Part shown: positions 21,045 to 30,449 of the stretch, piece after piece
Layout: each line of letters opens with the position of its first letter
How positions within the stretch are numbered: the first letter of the stretch is position 1
Source of the DNA: an uncultured Spirochaetota bacterium
GTDB lineage: Bacteria; Spirochaetota; UBA4802; UBA5550
Length of the DNA: 64,000 bases
Assembly (NCBI GenBank): GCA_963827275.1
Contig: CAWHAA010000009.1
Location: 32,001-96,000 of the forward strand
Reading direction: 5' to 3'
Translations under genes and position numbers: made by a program
Notes under the pieces: generated by a model
Seen by the model: only the letters and a program-made list of their open reading frames with translations
Databases searched by the model: none
Told to the model about the DNA's origin: nothing

Positions 21045-21079
21045 AAGAGGCTGGCCCGGGTGGACCGGCCTCTTTTTTT
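21045..21079 (+). terminator. Intrinsic terminator after rpmE
   Basis: AAGAGGCTGG...CCGGCCTCTT followed by a T-tract. Confidence 0.7.
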
Positions 21080-21191
21080 CCGCTCACACCCGGCGGCCGG
21101 CGCCGACCGGTCCGCATGCCCGGAATAATTGTAAAGCCTGATTTGTCATGGCGCCGATATAGTAAGAATACAACGCGGAAAGGATGATACA

Positions 21192-21374
21192 ATGGCATCG
21201 AAAAGACTTGGCGAGATCCTCATGGAAAACGGCATTATCACCCAGAAACAGCTCGATGAAGCGCTTACGATGCAGACGTCCAAAGGCGGCCTTCTCGGGA
21301 TCATCCTGGTTGAGATGGGCCACCTGAAGCCGAAGGCGCTTTCAGAGTTCCTGGAGGCCCAGCGGGGGCTGTAG
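21192..21374 (+). CDS. Stand-alone MshEN-domain protein (putative c-di-GMP receptor)
   Basis: RLGEILMENGIITQKQLDEALTMQ..LLGIILVEMGHL..LSEFLEAQ matches the tandem MshEN motif; AAGGA RBS. Confidence 0.8.
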   Translation: MASKRLGEILMENGIITQKQLDEALTMQTSKGGLLGIILVEMGHLKPKALSEFLEAQRGL

Positions 21375-21428
21375 CCCCGCGGCCCCGCCCGACGCACCCT
21401 TCCTCCGCGCGCGGGCACGACCGGAGAC

Positions 21429-22184
21429 TCACACCGCGCGGCGCGCCTGTTTCTCCACCAGAACCCAGCCGATGATCCCGGTCAGGATAAAGCATACGCC
21501 CAGGACCTGCGAATGCGTGAGGCCGAGCGCGACCTTCGGGTTCAGCCTGATGAATTCGACCATGAACCGCGCCGATCCGTTCAGTATCATGTAGATGAAG
21601 AACAGCTTGCCCGCCGGCATCTCCCGCTTGCGCAGTTTCATCAGCAGCACGAAAAACATGAAGGACACGAACGACTCGAACAGGGGCGTCGGGAAGACCG
21701 CCGCGGTCGACGGCACGATCCCGTTCGGGTACGGCGTGCCGAGGAAGGACGAGGTCGCGATGCCGTAGCAGCCGTCGCCCGAGACGTGGCACCCGAGCCG
21801 CCCCACGCCGTAGGCCAGCGCGACCGAGGGCGCGGTGATGTCGAATATCTCGAGGATGCTCTCCTTGCTTTTTCGAATCAGTATCATGCTCAGCAAAAAC
21901 GCCAGGATGAAGCCGCCGTACACGGAGAGCCCCGCACCGGAGAAAATCATCCCCTTCGGGTCGCGGAGGAATTCGTCAAGGTTTTCGAAGATATGGAATA
22001 TCTTGGCGCCGATGATGGCGCTGGGGATGATGATGAGGAGCAGCTTGTACGCGAGCTCCGGGTCCTTTTCACGGATAAGGAGCTCGCGCTCGGTAAGCAG
22101 GAAGGCAAGGTAGAACGCCAGGCCCAGCATGAGGCCGTAACTGCCTATATTGATGAACTTGTAGCTGAATAATATCGGATACAT
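21429..22184 (-). CDS. lgt: Prolipoprotein diacylglyceryl transferase
   Basis: MYPILF, SYGLM, GLSVYGG, GRLGC, PTPLFE, RFMVEFIR. Confidence 0.92.
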   Translation of the reverse strand: MYPILFSYKFINIGSYGLMLGLAFYLAFLLTERELLIREKDPELAYKLLLIIIPSAIIGAKIFHIFENLDEFLRDPKGMIFSGAGLSVYGGFILAFLLSMILIRKSKESILEIFDITAPSVALAYGVGRLGCHVSGDGCYGIATSSFLGTPYPNGIVPSTAAVFPTPLFESFVSFMFFVLLMKLRKREMPAGKLFFIYMILNGSARFMVEFIRLNPKVALGLTHSQVLGVCFILTGIIGWVLVEKQARRAV

Positions 22185-22267
22185 CGGATTTTCCCCTGGG
22201 TTGAGTTGCTTTTTTATATTGCATTATGTAACAGGATGGAGAAGATATTTGTCAACATATTTTGATG

Positions 22268-22404
22268 AGGCTAGTTATCCCCTCGTCCGCCTCTATGCCT
22301 TGACAGGCTCAACCTTGAGCTTCCTGCGAACGTATCTTTACGGTAGGAGAGCCTGTCGGACTATGAGAAATCAGCCTTCATGGCACCTTCCCCCACTCCA
22401 GCCT
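22268..22404 (-). ncRNA. Candidate structured RNA (rod with internal loops), family unknown
   Basis: Nested stems on the minus strand: AGGCTGG/CTAGCCT, GTGCC/GGCAT, GACAGGCTC/GAGCCTGTC, CGTA/TACG. Confidence 0.4.
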
Positions 22405-22533
22405 GAGAAAAATGATTTATCTAATAGTATGAGCGGTTATCTGATGACGAAATTAGTGCACATATGCCATAGTGGTTTTAATCGATATCTATTGAACAGT
22501 ATACTGTAGTCATGAGATAGAAGCGAGGGAGCA

Positions 22534-22896
22534 ATGGACGATAAGGAACGCGTTGAGCTCATCCGCAAGGGCAACGAATATTTCAACAACGGCGACATGA
22601 CAAAGGCCGAGGCCCTGTTCGTGAAAACCGGCTACCGTGACGGCCTCACCCGGCTCGCGGATTACCTGTTCTATGAGAAGAAACAACCCCTGTTCGCGCT
22701 GAAGTACTACCGCATGGTGAACCGCCAGGACAGGGTGAACGAAATTTTCGAGCGCATGGTGTTCGCGTTCGGCAAGCTCCTGGGCAAGGAACCGCCGAAG
22801 CAAAAGGTGGAGCTGCCCCCCCTCAAGGTGTCCCCCAAGCTCAAGATCCTGGCGGAGGAGATACTGCGCAATAATCAGGCCGCGGGGGAGAAGTAA
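22534..22896 (+). CDS. Hypothetical helical (TPR-like) protein
   Basis: GGGAG RBS; LIRKGNEYFNNGD..AEALF pattern. Confidence 0.75.
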   Translation: MDDKERVELIRKGNEYFNNGDMTKAEALFVKTGYRDGLTRLADYLFYEKKQPLFALKYYRMVNRQDRVNEIFERMVFAFGKLLGKEPPKQKVELPPLKVSPKLKILAEEILRNNQAAGEK

Positions 22897-22903
22897 TACA
22901 TAC

Positions 22904-22940
22904 AAGGGGGAGGGCGGCACCGCGGCCGGCCCTCCCCCTT
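22904..22940. repeat. GC-rich hairpin (REP-like or terminator)
   Basis: AAGGGGGAGGG (22904-22914) pairs with CCCTCCCCCTT (22930-22940). Confidence 0.55.
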
Positions 22941-22979
22941 AAACCCCCTCCCCGCGCCGCCTCGCCCACGCGCGGAACT

Positions 22980-23276
22980 TTCAATTATAACGCAGAGTCC
23001 ATCCCCTCAGGTTTATTGCGCGGCGGAAAAAAGCTTCGCGGCCTGCGGAACTCGGACAAAGACGCTGAAGACTCAGACAGTCCTCGGCCGCTCAGCTCTT
23101 TTTTCCGCCGCTTCACTGGCATCCGTGCCGGCACGCTTAATGTTCAATTGTAACGCAGAGTCTTTCTCCTCGGGTTTATTGCGCGGCGTAAAAAAGCTTC
23201 GCGGCCTGCGGAACTCGGACAAAGACACTGAAGACTCAGACAGTCCTCGGCCGCTCAGCTCTTTTTTCCGACGCTT
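22980..23276. repeat. Tandem pair of ~134-bp structured repeats (period 163 bp)
   Basis: Near-identical copies at 22980-23113 and 23143-23276; copy 1 has a perfect 14-bp stem at 23020-23033/23098-23111. Confidence 0.9.
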
Positions 23277-23428
23277 TATTGGTTTGTCGGATAAAATTAT
23301 TACTATACATGTGTCGATGTCGCTATTTGTCATATCCGGTTTGTTAAACGTTTTTTGCGTCCGCGCCCCGCGTGGGCGCCTGGATCAAAGCATTTTCTGA
23401 ATTTTATTTACACAAAATGCTTGTTAGA

Positions 23429-23457
23429 TTGCACAATCTCGTATACAATGGTATGAT
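23429..23457 (+). promoter_or_regulatory. Putative sigma70 promoter
   Basis: TTGCAC-17-TATGAT with an extended -10 TG. Confidence 0.55.
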
Positions 23458-23481
23458 ACACATGCGGTTTGTGCGAAAAAC

Positions 23482-25525
23482 ATGGAAAATATATCGATTC
23501 TTCATTACAGCCTGAAGCTGTTTTTTTGCGGATTTATTGTTTTTGCGACAATTCAGTCCGCGGTCATGTATATAAAATTACCGGCAAAAGAGACCCGCGC
23601 GTTATTCGTTATCAGCGTTGCCTCTTTTCTCTTTATATTATGCGATGTCCTTAATTCGATCTTTACGTATCTGGTGGTGCGGCATGACGCCGCCTACTTC
23701 TTCCTGGTGGCCAGGGAATTGATGCCCGTGTTTTTCTACTTTCTTGCCCCGTATTACCTTGACCGTGTATTAGACATTAAAACCCATGTAAAAAAAATAA
23801 ACCGGATTGTTGTCCTGGCGGGAATTGCAATCGCGGTGGCGATAATTGCCGGCGCTCTTATGGTTCCTGACTTATTATTACAGCATGGCTGGTCCCGGCC
23901 CCGTCAGCGGCGGCATGCATATGGAGACCAAGGGGCCCTTGACCATTATACGGGACATTTTTATCTTTGTTTTTCTCATATATTCAATAATTTTTGTTCT
24001 GATGGCTTTCTTACAGAAAGAAAGCAGGTTTTCCGGGAAATACATACTGGCGGGCCTTGTCGTCCTCGGTTATTTCGCGTTCAGCAGCTTTTATGCGCTC
24101 CTGTTTGTCGGTGATGAGATAAGGATTTTTAATAATCACTTTCCCTACCTGGGGCTCGGCATTGCCATACTGATATTGTTCACCAGCCTGGGGGTGCTTG
24201 AGCTCTATATCGACACCTTCGACCAGGTTGAAAACATGACGAAAAATTTAAGAAGCGAGCTCTATTATGATGCCGAGCTGGAGATATTAAATAAAATCAG
24301 CTTCAGACATGACCTGGAGACCGGGCTGGATGCGTCCGCGAAAAACGGCGATGTCTTTTCCCTGATCTATCTTGATATCGATGATTTCAAGAGCGTCAAC
24401 GAGTCATACGGCGAAGGCTTCGGCGATGATATCCTGAGGCTGCTCGCGCAAAGGCTGAAGGATGATTTTTCCGATGCCGGGAGATTGTACCGGGTGGGTG
24501 CGGATGAATTTTCATTTGTATCGAGGGAGATTCGCACCGAGGATGAAGCGGCGCGCTTTGCCTCAAGAATCATAACAAGCCTGAAAAACCCCTTTGTGGT
24601 CTCCGGTATTCCGTACACGGTCACGGTAAGCATCGCCGTCCTGTTCCTGCCGCGCGACGGGAACGACATGACCACCATCATGGGCAATGTGTACACCACA
24701 ATCCACAATGTAAAAAGGGCGAAAAACTCCTATGGCTTTTTCAGCAGGGACCTGCTGGAACGGGCCTCGAAAAAAATTTATACGGTCGATCTTCTCAGGA
24801 ACTGCCTTTCCCGGGATGAATTTATCCTGCATTACCAGCCGGTCATGGATGCGGGCGGAAGGCTGGTGTACGTGGAGGCCCTGTTGCGGTGCACCAACAA
24901 CGATCCGGCGATCGGCGGCCCGGGACATTTTATCCCTATTATTGAAAGCATGGGCATGATGAAAGACCTGGATAATCTCGTTGTCAGGAAGTCTTTCTAT
25001 GACATCGAGATGAAAATGAAACGGAGGTCCAGGGTCAGCATCAACATGTCCGCCAGCCAGTTAGTGGACCCCTCGTACGGCGATTTCCTTTTTTCATTCG
25101 CGAAACAGCACGGGATTGAACCCGGGGACCTTATCCTGGAGATCACTGAAAATATCCTCGTGGAAAACATGCTCCTCGGGCGCCAGAGCCTTGCGGAGCT
25201 CAAGAAAAACGGTTTCATGCTCGCCATCGATGACTTCGGGAAGGGGTTTTCCTCGCTGTCATACCTGACCGAGCTCCCCGTGGATATCATCAAAATCGAC
25301 AAGGCCTTTGTCGATGCCGTCCCCGGAGACGCGAAGAAGGAGACCATGGCCAGGTATATTATCGACCTGGGGCATTCTCTTGACCTCAAGGTCGTGGCGG
25401 AAGGCTTTGAGTTCTCCGGGCAGGTTGATTTTTTCAAGGGACTCGGGTGCGATTTTTTCCAGGGCTATTATTTCCAGCCCCCGGTGCCGCTTAAGGAGCT
25501 GCTGGAAAAATATTTTCCCGGTTGA
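23482..25525 (+). pseudogene. Membrane GGDEF-EAL protein, frameshifted near 23870-23900 (probably a sequence error)
   Basis: Multi-TM N-terminus split over two frames; LDIDDFK, RVGADEF, HYQP, VEALLR, IDDFGKGFSS, KVVAEG. Confidence 0.85.
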
Positions 25526-25598
25526 TTGCGGCGCGGCGCAGCGAAACAGCCGGTACCTGCCGGCCATGATAATCCGGCGAATTGAATTTTTAAATATA

Positions 25599-26651
25599 TT
25601 AATGCGATACGGCGATCCCGGTTGGCCTTCCGGACAACGACCGGAACATCTCGATGCCTGTTTCGGGCTGTTCTATGTCCGCGCGGTAAATGCCGTTGGG
25701 TGAATACGATGTCCAGTATATTTTTCTTTCGGTCAGGTCCAGGGCGAGCTTCTGGATGTCGAACCCGCCGGCGGTGATCCACACGGCCGGGTCCTCGAAT
25801 AGCAGGCCCGCCCTGATAATAAAAAGCCCCGCGGCGGTATTGCTTGCATAATACAGGCGCCCTCCCGCGCCGTCAACCGCGATGTCCCTGATGGGAACGC
25901 TGGGGGCGGCGGGTCCTGACGCGGTAACCTGGTACGGCAGGTACGTGTTCATGGTATCCAGCTCGGCGATGTACAGGCCGCCGGCCTGCCCGCTCCCGTA
26001 TGCTGTTGTCATGTCCCAGTAGGTATTGGCGCTGACGTATATTTTCCTGTTAACGGTATCAAGGGCCATGGAATAGGTGTATGGATAGGATAACTCGTTA
26101 ATCCATTTTTCCTGAGAAAATCCGGAAAGAGGCGACCGCCAGATATCATTGTGCCCTGTAATGCTTTGATATCTGCTATAGTAAATTATTGCGGCCGCCG
26201 GATCAATTGCGATCTCATAAAAACCATGATCACCCGCTGCCGGCACGTCAAAGGCGAATACGGCCGGTTCCGTTCCATCAAGCCTGGAATTGTTAATCGT
26301 AGCAAAACCATCATCCGCCTCCGCCCAATAGATCCTCTGCCCGGGCAGGTCCAGGGCGATGTCCACGGGCGTTCCGGTCGTAGAGAGCAGGGTGATGTCC
26401 CCGGCCCCCCGCGAGGGTGCTTTCCTGATGCTGCCGGTCTGTTCCGACCAGTACACCGTGCTGGGAGCCGGGCCGTATACGGCGCTGATAATAACCGCGG
26501 GAAGGGATTGGTCCTTATCGAGCAGCACTTCGAATTCCGAACCGCAGCCGGAGAAGAAAAAAACAGCAAGGCACGCGGGCAGGGCCGGGAATATCCTCCG
26601 CAGCAGGCGGGCCAATCCGGAAGGAACGATGTCGGGTGATATGTTCGTCAT
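25599..26651 (-). CDS. Lipoprotein with YWTD / LDL-receptor class B-like beta-propeller repeats
   Basis: FFSGC lipobox; repeats VYWSE, IALD..RIYWAE, LALD..KIYWTS. Confidence 0.75.
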   Translation of the reverse strand: MTNISPDIVPSGLARLLRRIFPALPACLAVFFFSGCGSEFEVLLDKDQSLPAVIISAVYGPAPSTVYWSEQTGSIRKAPSRGAGDITLLSTTGTPVDIALDLPGQRIYWAEADDGFATINNSRLDGTEPAVFAFDVPAAGDHGFYEIAIDPAAAIIYYSRYQSITGHNDIWRSPLSGFSQEKWINELSYPYTYSMALDTVNRKIYVSANTYWDMTTAYGSGQAGGLYIAELDTMNTYLPYQVTASGPAAPSVPIRDIAVDGAGGRLYYASNTAAGLFIIRAGLLFEDPAVWITAGGFDIQKLALDLTERKIYWTSYSPNGIYRADIEQPETGIEMFRSLSGRPTGIAVSH

Positions 26652-26663
26652 GTCACTGCGCGC

Positions 26664-27491
26664 TCATATTTTAAAAAGATACCCCGCTCCGATTGAAAAC
26701 CCGAGGCCGAATAACGGCATGGCCCCGTCGTAGATATAATCAAACTTCACCTGGGGGGAAATCACCCATGAAGAGATGGGGAACTCCAGACCGGCCGCCA
26801 TTGAAACGTGCCATTTAAAATTCGCGGCCTTCTCGCATCTCCCCGTCACCGCGTAATAGCCGCCGCCGAACCCCGGGGAGAGCGCCAGGTTGAATGAAAC
26901 GCCGCGGACCTCGAAAGGGATGATCCATGCAGTGCCAATCCCGAACCGGAACGCGGATATTTTTTTCATTCCTTTTTCGGAATGGAAATAGTGCAGGTCC
27001 AGCCTGATTGTTCCGGGTAGATAGTTATACCTGCTCCTGAACCGGACATCGCCGAGGAGGGACGCGCCGCAGCTGTACGGGAGAAGGGGGCGCATTTTCC
27101 CCAGGTTGAACAGGAAAAACGGCGAAGCGGACAACAGGAATTCCGCCGGCGCCGCATCGGTCCCGCTGTCGCCGCTGATTCTCCTCTCCTCGAGTTTTTT
27201 TACGCCGGCCTGGAAATTGTTTCTTATATCGGATTCGCTGACTGCCTTGCCCATCTGCCTGAAAATCTTTATATCTTCCTGGTAATTTTCGGTTTTATGT
27301 ATCTCTTTCACGAGCGAGTTTTGTATTGTGAAGGTGCCGTGGTAGTTGCCGAACTTGACATGTTCATCCTTCATCTCGATTATTTTCCCGTTGAGGGTCA
27401 TGCCGTCTTTCGTAACAATGATGTCGCTGAAACAGATATGAGGCAGGAGAAGAATATATGCGGTAATAAATAATAACCTGAGTTTGCCCAT
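26664..27491 (-). CDS. Secreted protein, probable outer-membrane beta-barrel C-terminus
   Basis: Signal peptide; amphipathic strands ending GFSIGAGYLFKI. Confidence 0.6.
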   Translation of the reverse strand: MGKLRLLFITAYILLLPHICFSDIIVTKDGMTLNGKIIEMKDEHVKFGNYHGTFTIQNSLVKEIHKTENYQEDIKIFRQMGKAVSESDIRNNFQAGVKKLEERRISGDSGTDAAPAEFLLSASPFFLFNLGKMRPLLPYSCGASLLGDVRFRSRYNYLPGTIRLDLHYFHSEKGMKKISAFRFGIGTAWIIPFEVRGVSFNLALSPGFGGGYYAVTGRCEKAANFKWHVSMAAGLEFPISSWVISPQVKFDYIYDGAMPLFGLGFSIGAGYLFKI

Positions 27492-27492
27492 G

Positions 27493-28791
27493 TTATTTTT
27501 CGGTGACCCTGATGATCCTGTCCTTTTTCACGTCAATCCTGCCGATTAATGTCTCGATGGCTATATGGTCCGCCGTCTTTTCAATCAAGGTGCCTTTGAA
27601 AATGTTCCCGTCACTTGTAAATATAACAAGGTATCTGCCTTTTTTCAACCCGGAAGCTTTTTCCTTTGCAACCATAGTATCGACGCTGGCTTTTAAATCT
27701 GGAGAAATGCGTATTTTAATCGGCATTTCATCCTTTTTTATGTCAGCGCGCATCCCTTCCCCGTCCTCAATCATCCGGTCCATCAGCGGGTCGTTATATA
27801 TCCTGTTCAGGCCGATTGACAGGTTTTTAAGCGCGGCGTCTCCCGCGGACGAACCTGTCATAAAAAGCCTGCGGTTGGAAAATATGGCATATTTCGATGA
27901 CGGGGACGAGGTTATCACATTCAGATAGCTCTCGACCGCCTTGTCGGTATCGCCCATGCCGGCAAAGCATCTCCCCATATAATATTGTATGCCGGGAAGG
28001 TCCCGGGGCCCTGCGGTGCGCTCCGCTTTTTCAAGGATCAAAAGGGCCTGCTGGTAGGCAAGAAGGGTAACAAGCTTCTGGCCTTTCAGCAGGGGGTTGG
28101 CCTCTTGCTCCATCACCCGTTCCCGGGCGAGCCCGTATCCTTCGAGATATTTGAGCAGGATCGTCGCGGTTATCGCGCTGCTCTCCTGGCTGTATTTTTC
28201 AATGACCGTTAGATAGTCCCTGCGGGCCAGGTCGTTATGGCCCAGTAATGCGTGACAGTACCCTTTGTGAAGAAAAATGCCGGCCATGAGGCCGCTGGTC
28301 ACATCCATGGTCGCGAGGATGTCATCGTAGATCTCTATGGCCCGCTTGAAGTGGAAGTTCCTTTCATAATAATATGCCAGGTCTATTTTTACATGCCACG
28401 GGTCCTTTCCGGGCCTGTAGGCGAGGGGCGCTTTCCCGAGGACCATGCGGTTGAAGTTGATCACGGTAAGAGCGGGGTAGGCGAGAATGGCATACACCGC
28501 TTCGGTCCGCGGCGTGACGCCCGCTCCCGGGGCCGCCAGGGAAATTATTCTGTGCTCAATGGCGTCCGCGTCATCCTGCGTAATCCGGTTCTCGAACAAT
28601 TTCTTGTGGAGCTCGTAGGTGGCCACCAGGCCGATATTGTCAATGCTCCCCTCGCTGCTGTCCATGTTCTGCAGGCTTGATTTCAGCTCGTTGAGCCGTA
28701 TCGAAATCATGATGTCGTTCATCAGGAGCAGGAACAGGGTGATTGTCAGGGATGCGAGCACGGTTATGGCGGTGAGGTTGATTTTTTTCAC
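27493..28791 (-). CDS. Membrane-anchored TPR protein
   Basis: Likely GTG start at 28791 (VKKINL + TM), which avoids overlap with the upstream gene; TPR-like helices. Confidence 0.7.
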   Translation of the reverse strand: MKKINLTAITVLASLTITLFLLLMNDIMISIRLNELKSSLQNMDSSEGSIDNIGLVATYELHKKLFENRITQDDADAIEHRIISLAAPGAGVTPRTEAVYAILAYPALTVINFNRMVLGKAPLAYRPGKDPWHVKIDLAYYYERNFHFKRAIEIYDDILATMDVTSGLMAGIFLHKGYCHALLGHNDLARRDYLTVIEKYSQESSAITATILLKYLEGYGLARERVMEQEANPLLKGQKLVTLLAYQQALLILEKAERTAGPRDLPGIQYYMGRCFAGMGDTDKAVESYLNVITSSPSSKYAIFSNRRLFMTGSSAGDAALKNLSIGLNRIYNDPLMDRMIEDGEGMRADIKKDEMPIKIRISPDLKASVDTMVAKEKASGLKKGRYLVIFTSDGNIFKGTLIEKTADHIAIETLIGRIDVKKDRIIRVTEK

Positions 28792-28804
28792 ACGGCGGGT
28801 CCCC

Positions 28805-30133
28805 TTACGGTATAATCTCCACCCTGTTTTTGCCCTTGTACCTCGCCTGGGCCAGCGCCGTCCCGGCGGAGAAAATAAGGTCATTGCCGTCTTCGTGGCC
28901 TTCCCCGGACCCGGAGCTTCTGAATGAAACGCCGATGCTCGCCGTGACGGAGAATGTCCCGTCAGGGGTAATGATCGTGCCGTGCTCAATTTCATGCCTG
29001 ATCTTTTCGGCAAGGTCGTTTATCTGTTCAACCGGCCGGCCGATCGTTAAAACGGCGATGCTTTCGCCGCTGAACCGGGAGACAACATCGGTGTCGGAGA
29101 AGTTCCGCATGATAATTTTCGAAACTTCCAGTACTAGTATATCCCCTGAATTATTGCCGTATATCTTGATGATATCAGTAAATGTATCGATTTCAATGAG
29201 GATAAGGGCCATGGAGCTTTTATTATCGAGCGTTTTTTTTATTTCTTCATTGATGCGCTCGATCATGTATATGCGGCTGAACAGGCCGGTAAGTTCGTCT
29301 TTCACCGTCAGGATGTCAGTCCTGTTTTTTGTTTCAATCGCCCATTTTACCTTGCCTGTCAGGGCGCCCATGTTTGCAGCTATCGAGTCGGCCATTTTGT
29401 TGAACGATGCCGCGAGGGACCCGAATTCATCATCCTGATCGGTCAAAGATATCCGCGCGCCCAGGTCGCCTTCCGCTAATTTATGCGCCCCCTGCCTGAG
29501 GAGTTTTATGGGGGTGATGAGGTATCTGAACAGGATCAGGGCGAAGACCGCATGGAAAAAGAGGACCACGAAAATGACATAGAGGGCCTGGTAATACAGA
29601 GTTCTCAGTGACGCGTCAACGCCGCTTATGTCTTTCTGCACAAGGAGGACTGATTTCCCCAGTCGGAACTCGTGGAGGGGGATATAGCAGTACATGATCC
29701 GCTTCCTGTCGTCTATCCTCAGGTAATAGTCTTTTCCGGAAAAATTTTCCGTGGTAATGGATCGCAGGATGTCTTCGGCGATGGTCGGCGGCGGTTCCAG
29801 CGAGCTGTCCGATTTATAGCGCGTCCTGTTGTCTTCGGTTACAATATAAAACGACGACGCGTGGGGCCTGATCAGATTCACAAATTGGTCCAGGGAGCCC
29901 GGGTCTGTGTCGTACGCGAAGAGCGTCCCTTTTTTTATTTCGGATGAGAATTTTTTTAACGAGCCGATAAGGTTCGATATCTGCTGTTCGGACTCAAGCT
30001 TTGAATTTTTTGTGATCAGATCGACCTGGTTTTCGAAGATGATGGAAATAACAAACGACACGTTTATCATCGTGAGCAGTATGTAAAAAAATATTATCTT
30101 AAAACCTATTGATTGAAAAATACTGTTTTTCAT
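28805..30133 (-). CDS. HAMP + degenerate GGDEF membrane protein
   Basis: Two TMs, HAMP (DEFGSLAASFNKMA), DELTGL; active site reads SRFSGESI. Likely start ATG 30133. Confidence 0.85.
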   Translation of the reverse strand: MKNSIFQSIGFKIIFFYILLTMINVSFVISIIFENQVDLITKNSKLESEQQISNLIGSLKKFSSEIKKGTLFAYDTDPGSLDQFVNLIRPHASSFYIVTEDNRTRYKSDSSLEPPPTIAEDILRSITTENFSGKDYYLRIDDRKRIMYCYIPLHEFRLGKSVLLVQKDISGVDASLRTLYYQALYVIFVVLFFHAVFALILFRYLITPIKLLRQGAHKLAEGDLGARISLTDQDDEFGSLAASFNKMADSIAANMGALTGKVKWAIETKNRTDILTVKDELTGLFSRIYMIERINEEIKKTLDNKSSMALILIEIDTFTDIIKIYGNNSGDILVLEVSKIIMRNFSDTDVVSRFSGESIAVLTIGRPVEQINDLAEKIRHEIEHGTIITPDGTFSVTASIGVSFRSSGSGEGHEDGNDLIFSAGTALAQARYKGKNRVEIIP

Positions 30134-30449
30134 CGCCTGTGCGCTGATTGTATCAGATTTTGCGGTAACATTAATTATAAATCCATCTCTATTGTGGATA
30201 AGCATCCACCCGGCCGGACCGCTCGGATATGATCGCACTGATTTGCTTAAATATCAAGAAAAAAAAGGTCCGCGCCGGGACGGCCGGCATCACGTGGTGC
30301 TGTTTCAGCGGATTACTCCCGGGCCGCATCTGGCCGGCACGATGAAGAGCGTGCCCCGGGCATGTCCGATCCGCAAATTATTCTTGATTTGCCTGCGGGT
30401 ATACCGTCATTATTGACCTCTTCCCATTACAACAGTCCAGGAGCCGTAC

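Noticed and set aside
23073..23400. ORFs over the tandem repeat, and 22201-22509
   Set aside because: They are translations of non-coding repeat or structured DNA without protein-like features.
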